Below, piece after piece: positions 1-9,106 of a DNA stretch of 64,000 nt. Under the pieces are notes generated by a model, which searched no databases, was not told the origin of the DNA, and worked only from the letters and a program-made list of their open reading frames with translations. A program made the position numbers and the translations under genes. Origin of the DNA: Fimbriimonadaceae bacterium (GTDB lineage Bacteria; Armatimonadota; UBA10988); assembly GCA_020850355.1 (NCBI GenBank), contig JADZEX010000040.1:6339-70338 (forward strand). The letters run 5' to 3'. The first letter of the stretch is position 1, and the number at the start of each line of letters is the position of its first letter.

Positions 1-1531
1 CGCGCAGCAACTCGAACGGGAGCTGCCCCTGCCGCAGCCGCCATGGATCGCAGGCTGCCGTGGCGGCACCCTCGCGGTGGTAGACCAGCACGGCGTTTAG
101 CAGGCCGGCGGCCACCGTCAGCAGCGTGCCCCAGGCCAGCGCCTGCGTCAGCCGCCGTGCCGGAATGCCGGCGGCCTCGCAGAGTCGCAGCGCGTCGAGC
201 TGCATCGGCAGCGGGTGGGCCCGCCAGTCGCCGAAGCTGCACCACCGCAGCAGCGTCAGGCCGACCCGGTCCGGGACCGTCAGACCACCGCCGACCGTCG
301 CGCGGACCAGCCAGCCGAGATCCGTACCAGGGTTCCAGATCGGCCCGACGGCCGCCCGCAGGCGCCCGATGCCGAGCATCGCCAGCCCGAAGAGCAGCCA
401 GAACCAGAGGCTGACCAGCCAGCGCATTCCGAGCGCGTGGCCGAAGGCCACCAGCAGGGCCCCGGCCCCCAGCAGCACCGCGCCCAGCCGCCGCCCGTCC
501 GGTTGCGTCAGCCGCTGGCGCCAGCCGTGCCGGCCCAGCCAGAGCGCCAGCAGCGCAGACCCCAGCAAGGCGCCCTGCGCCTGCTCGCCGGCCCACGGGA
601 AACCCGTCGCCCCCAGGCCGCTGACCGCGCCGATCACCCGCCCGGCGCGGGCCACGGCAAAGCACAGGCTGCAGCTCAGCAGGATCTCGCTCGGGACCAG
701 GGCGAACAGGCCGATCACCGCCGGGTAGAAGGTGACCTCAAGCGGCCGCAAGGCGTTCCAGGGCGGCGGCAGATGGTGGGCGATCTCGATCGGCAGGACT
801 CGCCAGGACGGCACGGCCGGGAACCGCTGATGCAGGGCGTTGACCGACTGCACCAGCAGGGCCACCAGCGCGCCCGCCAGCAGCGTCGAGCGCGCGCCGA
901 GGTCGGCCCGCCGGGTTGGGTCGGCCAGCGCCAGCGGCAGCAGCACCAGGGGATAGGTCAGTCGTTCGGCACGGGACCAGCGCGGATGCACGAGTCCGGC
1001 CAGCGCGCCCATCGCCGCGGTCACCAGCAGCAGGAAGCCACCCCAGGCCAGCAACGGCAGCGCCCAGGCCCGCGCCAGCTCACCCCAGGGCAGGCCGACG
1101 GTGCCCAGGAAGAAGCCCTGCACCACCGCCTGGCTCTGCGGCACGGCCCAGCGGGGGAGGTACGGCAGCAGCTCCGCGTAGCGGTTCTCGGGTGTCGCAA
1201 AGAAGAACGGCGCTGGGAGGGCCGGCACCAGGAACTGGATCAGCCCCATCGTGCACAGCCCGACGGTGCCGCTGACCGTGGCGTAGGCCAACAGGATCGC
1301 CCGGCTGCCCAGTCGGCCGCCCAGCAGCACTCGCAGCAGCAAGAGCAAGAGCAGCGTGATCAGCCCCGCCACGGGCAGCGCGCTGCTGGCCAGGTCGGCG
1401 CTGTGGTGCAGGATCTCGGCGTGCCACACTGCGAGGCCGACAACGGGCGCCAACAGGGCGGCGGCCACGACGGCCGAGCGGCGAGGCGTTGGGTCGTGCG
1501 CAGGGCCGACAGTCGCGGGGGTGAGGGGCAT
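1..1531 (-). CDS. Polytopic integral membrane protein, unknown family. It is 5'-complete and its 3' end runs off the window edge. It lies immediately downstream of the two Flp pilin genes.
   Basis: Reverse-complement reading gives a continuous, strongly GC3-biased frame from ATG (1529-1531) to the window edge with many hydrophobic helices (MPLTPATVGPAHDP...LLLLLLRVLLGG...). It is absent from the ORF track because it has no stop in the window. The overlapping + strand ORF 215..1618 has the composition of an antisense artefact. Confidence 0.55.
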   Translation of the reverse strand, partial: MPLTPATVGPAHDPTPRRSAVVAAALLAPVVGLAVWHAEILHHSADLASSALPVAGLITLLLLLLLRVLLGGRLGSRAILLAYATVSGTVGLCTMGLIQFLVPALPAPFFFATPENRYAELLPYLPRWAVPQSQAVVQGFFLGTVGLPWGELARAWALPLLAWGGFLLLVTAAMGALAGLVHPRWSRAERLTYPLVLLPLALADPTRRADLGARSTLLAGALVALLVQSVNALHQRFPAVPSWRVLPIEIAHHLPPPWNALRPLEVTFYPAVIGLFALVPSEILLSCSLCFAVARAGRVIGAVSGLGATGFPWAGEQAQGALLGSALLALWLGRHGWRQRLTQPDGRRLGAVLLGAGALLVAFGHALGMRWLVSLWFWLLFGLAMLGIGRLRAAVGPIWNPGTDLGWLVRATVGGGLTVPDRVGLTLLRWCSFGDWRAHPLPMQLDALRLCEAAGIPARRLTQALAWGTLLTVAAGLLNAVLVYHREGAATAACDPWRLRQGQLPFELLR

Positions 1532-1630
1532 CGGCGCGTCCCCGACGCGGGCGGGTCGCGCGGCGGACCAGCCGGTCGGGCTCCCTGTTGGCTCACACGC
1601 TCGGGCGGCGCGACGTAAGCAGCCGCGGCC

Positions 1631-1798
1631 CTACGAGGACTGGGTGGTCATCGCGTCGTTGACGGTGACGTAGACATCGGCATTCTTGCGGCCGAGGACC
1701 ATCAGAATCGCGATCGCCACGACGGACAGGAGCGCCGTCAACAGGCCGTACTCCAGCAGAGTTTGGGCGCTTTCATCGAGCAGCAGGCACCGCAGCAT
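1631..1798 (-). CDS. flp: Flp/Fap family type IVb prepilin (Tad pilus pilin)
   Basis: The internal Met of ORF 1631..1873 gives MLRCLLLDESAQTLLEYGLLTALLSVVAIAILMVLGRK..., the canonical Flp motif (G/xxxxEY cleavage site, hydrophobic helix). The sequence CAGGAG lies 8 nt upstream of ATG 1798. Confidence 0.8.
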   Translation of the reverse strand: MLRCLLLDESAQTLLEYGLLTALLSVVAIAILMVLGRKNADVYVTVNDAMTTQSS

Positions 1799-1885
1799 TG
1801 GGTGGCTCCTGGACGGCCCCAAAACAGGACCGGGAGCGGTGGCCGGTACGACCGCCGCTCCCGGCACTGGCAAAATCGTCGCAGC

Positions 1886-2053
1886 CTAGCTGGACTTGGT
1901 GGTCATCGAATCGTTGACCGTCACGTAGACGTCCTTGCTCTTGCGGCCAAGGACCGTCAGGATGGCGATCGCCACGACCGAAATCAGCGCGGTCAGCAGG
2001 CCATACTCGATCAGGGTCTGGCCCTCTTCTTCCACGAACAACCGGGTCATCAT
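1886..2053 (-). CDS. flp: Flp/Fap family type IVb prepilin, tandem paralog
   Basis: Sequence MMTRLFVEEEGQTLIEYGLLTALISVVAIAILTVLGRKSKDVYVTVNDSMTTKSS. GAGGAG lies 7 nt upstream of ATG at 2053, whereas the longer ORF-track start at 2068 lacks an SD. It is nearly identical in the core to the 1631..1798 pilin. Confidence 0.8.
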   Translation of the reverse strand: MMTRLFVEEEGQTLIEYGLLTALISVVAIAILTVLGRKSKDVYVTVNDSMTTKSS

Positions 2054-2155
2054 CGACGTTCTCCTCATGTGTGTCGGTGGCGTCGGAACGCTCCTCGTAT
2101 ACTAGAATGCATTCTGGCCCCGCTGTCAACACCTGCGAGCCCGCCGCGTCGACTC

Positions 2156-2184
2156 TTGACGCCGAACGCGCCCTCCGCTACGAT
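2156..2184 (+). promoter_or_regulatory. Sigma70-type promoter for tRNA-Asn (-35 TTGACG, 17-nt spacer, -10 TACGAT)
   Basis: TTGACG at 2156-2161 and TACGAT at 2179-2184 with exact 17-nt spacing. The predicted TSS is about 5 nt before the tRNA 5' end at 2196. Confidence 0.5.
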
Positions 2185-2195
2185 GGGCGGCACCT

Positions 2196-2267
2196 TCCCG
2201 GGTAGCTCAATGGCAGAGCGGGTGGCTGTTAACCACTAGGTTGGGGGTTCGAGCCCCTCCCCGGGAG
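2196..2267 (+). tRNA. tRNA-Asn (anticodon GTT)
   Basis: Manual cloverleaf with every arm base-paired. The acceptor is TCCCGGG/CCCGGGA, the D-arm GCTC-AATGGCA-GAGC, the anticodon stem GGTGG/CCACT with loop CTGTTAA (anticodon GTT), and the T-arm GGGGG-TTCGAGC-CCCTC. The discriminator is G and CCA is not encoded. Confidence 0.85.
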
Positions 2268-2272
2268 TCCCT

Positions 2273-2596
2273 TCACCCGCGCCCGCGGAGTTGTGGCAGC
2301 AGCGCCACCAACTGTCCGAGGCTGAGCACCAGCACCATCCCGCGCGGCATGAACTTGGCGCCGTCCAGGAACACGGACTTGCCGCTCCAGGCCGCCAGAG
2401 CCACCGCCAGGCCGAGCGCCACAAACACGCCGGCCTGCCGGCCCCCGGACTGCAGGCCCGCCGCCAGGAAGGCCACCACGCCACTGAGGCAGCCGGCAAT
2501 CAGCGAGGCCTGGCTGCCCGCCTTGAGGCCGCCGAACACGCCGCCGACTACCAAGAGCACCCCGTAGACCAGGGTGATCACCGCTGACGTCTGCAT
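2273..2596 (-). CDS. Small 4-TM membrane protein (DUF423/TMEM14-like, 107 aa)
   Basis: The ATG at 2594-2596 starts a glycine-rich hydrophobic sequence, MQTSAVITLVYGVLLVVGGVFGGLKAG...AGCLSGVVAFLAAGL. The family guess is weak. Confidence 0.55.
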   Translation of the reverse strand: MQTSAVITLVYGVLLVVGGVFGGLKAGSQASLIAGCLSGVVAFLAAGLQSGGRQAGVFVALGLAVALAAWSGKSVFLDGAKFMPRGMVLVLSLGQLVALLPQLRGRG

Positions 2597-2656
2597 AGCA
2601 TCTCCACTGCCTGCCAGTGTGGTGCCGATTCGCCAACGCGTCGGCGCCTGCGTCGT

Positions 2657-3514
2657 TCAGCCCTCGGCCTGGGCCTCCGACGGCTGCTCGGGCTCCAGCC
2701 AGAGGCTCAACGCCCGCGCGTCGGGAGCCGCCTCGCTGGCCCGGCTGAGGGCCGCCAGCGGGATGTGCTTGACGTCGTTTTCGAGGCGGGCGACGGCTGC
2801 TTTGATCACCTGGCGCACCTCCCCCCCGACGCGCAGCCAGCGCCACGGCCGCAGCAGGCTCTTGAGCACGGGCAATGCGTTCGGCTCGCCTTGCTCGCCG
2901 ACCCAGGCGACCATCGCCCGGTCCGGGGTGAAGTCGTTCTCCAGCCGCGCGAGCACCCAGGGCAGCGCCCGACGGTCCCAGCGGCACCAGAGCGCCCGGC
3001 CGGCGGCCTGCCGGAGCAGGGGCGAGGGGTGCCCGGCCAGCGCTGCGAGGCAGTCCCCGGCGGCGTCACCGCGCACGATCACCAGGGCTTTCACCAGGCC
3101 CAGCCGCAGCCGCACCGCGAGGTCGGGCAGTGCGGCCGCCGCCAGCAGCCAGGCCAGGCCCTGCTGCGGCCGCGCCGCGAGCAGCTTCCGGCCGTCCGGG
3201 TTGCCCGCCAGCAGCGCCGCCGCGAGCGCACTCTGAGGCCCGTCAAGGGCCGCCTGCAGCAAGTCCTGGCACTGCTCGGGGTGGCTCCGGATCAGCTCGC
3301 AGGCGACCCGCCGGACCGCGCTGGAGCTGTCGCTGGTGGCGGCCCAGAGCAGCTCCGGCAGGTCCTGCGGGGCGCGATTCGCCAACTCCCGCAGCGCCAC
3401 CCGGCGGACCTCCAACCGGGGGTCGGCCAGCGCCGCCCGGAGCGGTGGCAGGTAGCCGTTCCGCCCGTGTCGGCGCAACTCCTCGACCCGTCGTCGCCAG
3501 GCATCGTCAGCCAT
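2657..3514 (-). CDS. HEAT/PBS-lyase repeat protein
   Basis: GC3 is strongly biased in this frame. There are repeated DPRLEVRRVALRELANRAP / DSSSAVRRVACELIRS helical-repeat motifs. The ORF track start is a GTG at 3532, and an ATG (MADDAWRRR) lies at 3514. Confidence 0.6.
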   Translation of the reverse strand: MADDAWRRRVEELRRHGRNGYLPPLRAALADPRLEVRRVALRELANRAPQDLPELLWAATSDSSSAVRRVACELIRSHPEQCQDLLQAALDGPQSALAAALLAGNPDGRKLLAARPQQGLAWLLAAAALPDLAVRLRLGLVKALVIVRGDAAGDCLAALAGHPSPLLRQAAGRALWCRWDRRALPWVLARLENDFTPDRAMVAWVGEQGEPNALPVLKSLLRPWRWLRVGGEVRQVIKAAVARLENDVKHIPLAALSRASEAAPDARALSLWLEPEQPSEAQAEG

Positions 3515-3577
3515 CGCCGCCCCCCAAAACACGAAAGGGGCCCGCCCAGTGGGCGAGCCCCTCCCGAGGATCGGTGA

Positions 3578-5428
3578 TCAGAAGCTGAAGCCACCGACCA
3601 ACCGGACGCCCATGACGCCCTGGCTGGTGAGACCGGCAACGTTCAGCGCATGACCCGGATCGACGTCAGCGTAGATCGCCTGGATCGAGACGTCACCCTT
3701 ACCCGTCTGAACGAGCGGGAAGGAGCCGCCGATGGCCCAGTTGAACAGGTCGAGCCGGCGAGTCGAACCAGCCCAGCGCACCTTCAGCGGGCGGCTACCG
3801 ATGTTCCACTTGAAGTCAACATCGAAGCCCTGCGTCGGACCGAACTGGTTGATGAAGGAGTCCAACATCACCGGCCGGTCCATCAGCGTGAAGACGCCGT
3901 TGGCGCGGGTGTAGGGGTTGGTGAGGATCGAGTGGGAGAGGGTGTAGTCCTGCTCCACCAGACCGCCCTTGACCGCCAACTCGAAGGTCGGGGTGTCAAG
4001 GATCCCGAGTTCGGCGTAGATCACCTGACCATCAGCATCGGTGTCGAGGTTGAGGTCGGGGGTGGTGCCGATTTCGTTGCGGAACTGGCTGGTGTACTCG
4101 ATCTTCAGGCCCTTGAGGACGTTGACGTAGGCGTTCGCGGAAATCGACCACTCGCTGCTGCGGGTGCCGTCGTTGAAGCCCTTGCCAATGCCGGCCGCGT
4201 TGTTGTTCGGCATGTGGCCCACGGTCTGGAAGCCGAGCTTGATGAGGGGCTCGCCGCCAGCCTTCTTGAACCACGGGAAGTCGACATCCCAGCGAGCGAC
4301 GCCGGCGACGTTGGCATTGAGGATGCCGCCGCCCACGCCACTGGCCGCGCTGTCGTCAGCCTGGGCCAAGAGGGTCAACTTGCCGAACGTGCCGAGGCCG
4401 TACTCCGCGCGGATGCCGGTGAGGGCAGCGCCGGTGTAGTAGCCGGTACCCAGGCCAAGGGCCGGGGTGGCAGCGCCGGACTCATAGTCCTGACCAGCGT
4501 ACTGGCGACCGAAGATCCACTTGCCGCCGAGACCGGGCAGGCGGACCCAGGCTTCATCGACGCCCAGGCCGGCCAGGCCGGCGCTCTGCAAGCCGTGGTG
4601 CTGGTTGGCGTCGCTGTCGTACCACCAGGTCACGCGACCGCGCATGTCGCCGCCGAGGTTGGCATCGAGGCCGACCTTGACGCCGAGGTAGCTGAACGCC
4701 TCGCCCGACTCGAAGCCGAGGTCGCCGTCCTGCGCGCCGGTCTGATCGATCGCGCCGTCGAGACCGATTTCGGTGGTGATCCCGCCGTACCACTTGATCC
4801 GCTCGAGCTCTTCGATGCGGGCTTCGTGGTCATTGAGGGTGTCGGCCATCGCGGCGGCCTTGGACTCCAGGGCGGCGATCCGAGCCAACGCCTGATTGAC
4901 GTTCTGGCCCATCGTGTCGAGCTCGCCCTTGAACTCCTTGGTCAGCTTCTCGATGGCTTCGAGCTTCGTCAGCCAGTCCTTCGGGATCTGGCCGTCGGCG
5001 CCCTTGTCGCCCTTTTCGCCCTTGGCGCCGGGAGCGCCGTCACGACCGTCGGCACCCTTGGTGCCATCGCCACCCTTGGCGCCGGCCGATCCGGAGTCGC
5101 CCTTGTCGCCCTTCGAGCCGGCTGGCCCGACAAGCTTGGCGCGATTCTCGGCGAACCACTTCTCGAGGTCTTCCTTGGACATGCCCTTCGGAAGCTTCTC
5201 GAGGTTCTTCAGCATGCGATGGATCGCCACCGCGAACTCGTAGCGGGTCATGGGCTGCGGGCCGTCGAACGTACCGCCGGGGTAGCCCTCCAAAATGCCC
5301 GCTTGAGCCAGGTCCTGGACCGCATTGTAGGCCCAGTGGTCAAACGGAACATCGCTGAAGGCGCCGGCGTGCGACGGCCGCATGAGCAGAAGCCCCACGG
5401 CCACTGCGAGAAGAGCCTTCTTGCTCAT
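3578..5428 (-). CDS. SLH-domain outer-membrane porin of the OmpM/Slp type, with a signal peptide, SLH domain, collagen-like G-X-Y repeat, coiled coil and C-terminal beta-barrel ending in Phe
   Basis: MSKKALLAVAVGLLLMRPSHAGA is a signal peptide. FSDVPFDHWAYNAVQDLAQAGILEGYPGGTFDGPQPMTRYEFAVAIHRM is a classic SLH domain. GPAGSKGDKGDSGSAGAKGGDGTKGADGRDGAPGAKGEKGDKGADG is about 15 G-X-Y triplets. A heptad-rich EAIEKLTKEFKGELD...IEELERIK segment follows, then an alternating amphipathic C-terminal region ending ...RLVGGFSF. GGAGGAG lies 7 nt upstream of ATG 5428. The ORF-track N-terminal extension to 5632 is rejected. Confidence 0.85.
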   Translation of the reverse strand: MSKKALLAVAVGLLLMRPSHAGAFSDVPFDHWAYNAVQDLAQAGILEGYPGGTFDGPQPMTRYEFAVAIHRMLKNLEKLPKGMSKEDLEKWFAENRAKLVGPAGSKGDKGDSGSAGAKGGDGTKGADGRDGAPGAKGEKGDKGADGQIPKDWLTKLEAIEKLTKEFKGELDTMGQNVNQALARIAALESKAAAMADTLNDHEARIEELERIKWYGGITTEIGLDGAIDQTGAQDGDLGFESGEAFSYLGVKVGLDANLGGDMRGRVTWWYDSDANQHHGLQSAGLAGLGVDEAWVRLPGLGGKWIFGRQYAGQDYESGAATPALGLGTGYYTGAALTGIRAEYGLGTFGKLTLLAQADDSAASGVGGGILNANVAGVARWDVDFPWFKKAGGEPLIKLGFQTVGHMPNNNAAGIGKGFNDGTRSSEWSISANAYVNVLKGLKIEYTSQFRNEIGTTPDLNLDTDADGQVIYAELGILDTPTFELAVKGGLVEQDYTLSHSILTNPYTRANGVFTLMDRPVMLDSFINQFGPTQGFDVDFKWNIGSRPLKVRWAGSTRRLDLFNWAIGGSFPLVQTGKGDVSIQAIYADVDPGHALNVAGLTSQGVMGVRLVGGFSF

Positions 5429-5603
5429 CTCTTGCACTCCTCCGTGTGTTGCCAGGCCACAACGGGCTGGAGTCGCGTCGGTCGCGGTCGAGTGTCTTGC
5501 ATTTCCTCTCCGCCACCATCGCCCGTCCAACGCGCCGTGGATCCTCCTGTCAGACCTCCGCCGCGGCCGAAACCAACGGCTGGAGTCAGTCCAGTCGCGG
5601 CGC

Positions 5604-5632
5604 AGTATACCAGCCGGCGACAGCCACGTCAA
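5604..5632 (-). promoter_or_regulatory. Sigma70-type promoter upstream of the SLH porin (minus strand: -35 TTGACG, 17-nt spacer, -10 TATACT)
   Basis: The reverse complement of 5604-5632 reads TTGACGtggctgtcgccggctggTATACT. This would give a 5'UTR of about 170 nt. A second GGTATACTG copy sits at 5779-5787 without a good -35. Confidence 0.45.
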
Positions 5633-5843
5633 ACAACTCCGGGCCGCCTGCCGTCTCTTGGTCCACGCCGGGGGCCGCGCCAGGCGCAGCCGTGATCCTT
5701 GTCCTTTGACACCCGACCGGGAGGCTGGTTGCAGCCCCTCGCCGGCTTCTCCGGACGGACCTCCGGTTCCCCAACGACAGTATACCGCCCGACGTTCCCG
5801 CCGGCAGGTCGATCGCGCCGATTCGTTGCAGTCGGGCTGCGCC

Positions 5844-7313
5844 TCAGGCGGCGAACTCCACCGCCCGCTGCTCGCGCACCACCAGCACCTTGATCTGGCC
5901 GGGGTAGGTCAACTCGGCGCTGATCCGGCTGGCCAGTTGCCGCGCCAGCTCCGCCGCGCCGAGGTCATCGACCTCGTGCGGCCGGACCAGCACCCGCAGC
6001 TCCCGCCCGGCGGCGATGGCGTACGCTTTGGCGACGCCCGGAAACTCGAGGGCGAGCTGCTCCAGGCGCTCGATGCGTTGCAGGTATTGCTCGACGCTGT
6101 CCTTGCGGGCGCCGGGCCGGGCTGCCGAGAGGGCGTCGGCGGTCAGCACCAGGGTCGCCTCGAGCGAGGCCGGGGCCACGTCGCGATGGTGCGCCGCGAC
6201 GGCATGGCAGACCGCCGGCACCTCGCCATGGCGCTGCGCGAGCTCGGCGCCGAGGGTGGCGTGCGGGCCTTCGGCGCTGCTGCTGACGGCCTTGCCGAGA
6301 TCGTGCAGCAGCCCGGCCCGGCGGGCCAGCGCCGCGTCGCCACCCAGCTCGGCGGCCAGGACCTGCGCCAGGCGGGCCACCTCGACACTGTGCCGCAGCA
6401 CATTCTGGCCATAGCTGGTGCGGTACTGCAGGCGCCCCAACAGCTCCAGCAGCGGCGGGGCCAGCCCGGCCACACCGGCCGCGGCGGCGGCTCCTTCGCC
6501 GGCCAGCAGCAGCTCGGCGTCGAGTTCGGCGCGACAGCGCTCGACCACTTCCTCGATTCGCGCCGGGTGGATCCGCCCGTCGTCGACCAGCGCGGCCAGC
6601 GCCCGGCGGGCCACTTCGCGGCGGATCGGATCGAACGACGAGATCACCACCGCTTCCGGGGTGTCGTCGATCACCAGGTCGACCCCGGTGATCTGCTCGA
6701 AGGTCCGGATGTTGCGGCCCTCGCGGCCGATGATCCGGCCTTTGACCTCGTCGCTGCCGAGCGGGACGACGGCCACCGTGGACTCGCTGACCTGCTCCAC
6801 CGCGCAGCGTTCCATGGCCTGCGCCAGCAGCTCGCGGGCGCGGCCGGCGGCCGACTCACGCGCTTCGTCCTCCAGCCGCCGCGCGAGGTGCGCGGCCTCC
6901 TGCCGGACCGTCTGGGTGAGCCGTTCCAGGAGCTGCTCGCGAGCCGTCTCCACCGGCAGCCCGGCGACCGTCGCCAGCGCCTCGCACTGGGCCGCTTCGG
7001 CCGCCGCCAGGGCGGTTTCGCGGGCGGCCAGGGCGGTGCTCCGGGCAGCCAGCTCGCGCTCGGTGGCGGCGACTGCGGTGCTCTCCTGGGCGAGCTGCGC
7101 CTGCCGTTCTGCGAGGCACGCGGCGGTCCGGTCCAGTTCCTCGCGGCGCAGGCGCAACTCGGCCTCCAGGGTCTCGCGATGCTGGGCCAGGAGCTGGTGC
7201 GCCGCCAGCTCCGCCTGGGCACTGGCCGCGCTCAGGCGGGCCCGTGCCACCAGCCAGCCGAAACCCGCGAGCAGCCCGCCGGTGCCGATCCCGGCGGCGG
7301 CGATTATCTCCGC
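5844..7313 (-). CDS. rny: Ribonuclease Y (N-terminal TM, coiled coil, KH domain, HD domain)
   Basis: MSAEIIAAAGIGTGGLLAGFGWLVARARLS is the TM anchor, followed by a long coiled coil. VVPLGSDEVKGRIIGREGRNIRTFEQITGVDLVIDD is the KH domain, and HSVEVARLAQ...HDLGK...AVAAHH is the HD domain. The ORF-track upstream extension to 9011 is an antisense artefact of the lipoprotein gene. Confidence 0.9.
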   Translation of the reverse strand, partial: AEIIAAAGIGTGGLLAGFGWLVARARLSAASAQAELAAHQLLAQHRETLEAELRLRREELDRTAACLAERQAQLAQESTAVAATERELAARSTALAARETALAAAEAAQCEALATVAGLPVETAREQLLERLTQTVRQEAAHLARRLEDEARESAAGRARELLAQAMERCAVEQVSESTVAVVPLGSDEVKGRIIGREGRNIRTFEQITGVDLVIDDTPEAVVISSFDPIRREVARRALAALVDDGRIHPARIEEVVERCRAELDAELLLAGEGAAAAAGVAGLAPPLLELLGRLQYRTSYGQNVLRHSVEVARLAQVLAAELGGDAALARRAGLLHDLGKAVSSSAEGPHATLGAELAQRHGEVPAVCHAVAAHHRDVAPASLEATLVLTADALSAARPGARKDSVEQYLQRIERLEQLALEFPGVAKAYAIAAGRELRVLVRPHEVDDLGAAELARQLASRISAELTYPGQIKVLVVREQRAVEFAA

Positions 7314-7389
7314 GCTCATCCACGTCTCCGGCGTGCCCCCCAGAGCGGCCGGGCCGCCGGCCCGCAGCGACCGCGCGCCGGCGATCGGA

Positions 7390-7417
7390 GTATACGCGAT
7401 GCCACCGGGCGCCGCAA
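7390..7417 (-). promoter_or_regulatory. Candidate rny promoter (minus strand: -35 TTGCGG, 16-nt spacer, -10 TATACT)
   Basis: The reverse complement reads ggTTGCGGcgcccggtggcatcgcgTATACTcc, about 75 nt upstream of the rny ATG. The -35 match is weaker. Confidence 0.35.
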
Positions 7418-7441
7418 CCACCGCCAGCGCCGCCGGTTGCG

Positions 7442-7470
7442 TTGACGAGGCCCTTGGCGCGACGTATAAT
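7442..7470 (+). promoter_or_regulatory. Near-consensus sigma70 promoter for the lipoprotein gene (-35 TTGACG, 17-nt spacer, -10 TATAAT)
   Basis: TTGACG at 7442-7447 and TATAAT at 7465-7470, read directly from the sequence. It is 56 nt upstream of ATG 7533 and is divergent from rny. Confidence 0.55.
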
Positions 7471-7532
7471 CCGCGATGCCTCAGGAGCGGCGGGCCTTGC
7501 AGGTGGTGCAGCGAAGCGGCGGGAGCGCGGGC

Positions 7533-8804
<1,272 letters not shown>

Positions 8805-8823
8805 GTGGAAGGAGCAGTTCACG

Positions 8824-9039
8824 ATGCTATCGCAGGGTCTGCCCGCCAAGGGCTTGCGCGTCGAGATCATCCACGGCGGCGATTCCGCCCAGCACCAGCG
8901 GCGCGTCTTGGAGTGGTTGGCGCTGAACGGCGACGTCGAGGTGGTCGACTGGAAGTTCTGCGCCCAGCACGACAACAACTCGCGCGTCGGCACCAGCTTC
9001 TCGACCGCCATCGTCTACCGCGAGCCGGCCGCCGGCTGA
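8824..9039 (+). CDS. Small hypothetical protein (71 aa)
   Basis: GGAAGGAG lies 6 nt upstream of ATG 8824. The sequence is MLSQGLPAKGLRVEIIHGGDSAQHQRRVLEWLALNGDVEVVDWKFCAQHDNNSRVGTSFSTAIVYREPAAG. No family was recognised. Confidence 0.45.
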   Translation: MLSQGLPAKGLRVEIIHGGDSAQHQRRVLEWLALNGDVEVVDWKFCAQHDNNSRVGTSFSTAIVYREPAAG

Positions 9040-9106
9040 GCACCACCCGCCACCCGCGGCCCCTGACGCCACCGGCCCCACGACAGGGGTTGGGGCAGGA
9101 TGCGCC

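Noticed and set aside
215-1618. 467-aa + strand ORF rich in Arg/Pro/Gln
   Set aside because: It is antisense to a GC3-biased membrane-protein frame on the minus strand and has low-complexity composition typical of high-GC shadow ORFs.
3650-5695. 681-aa + strand ORF
   Set aside because: It is antisense to the SLH porin and has no motifs and a weak GC3 pattern. The same reasoning applies to 5382..7445 (+), 15698..17950 (-), 18558..20144 (-), 23945..25633 (-), 29770..31170 (+), 37384..40194 (+), 51468..54410 (+), 59692..61629 (-) and 61338..63611 (-), all of which mirror confidently assigned genes on the other strand.
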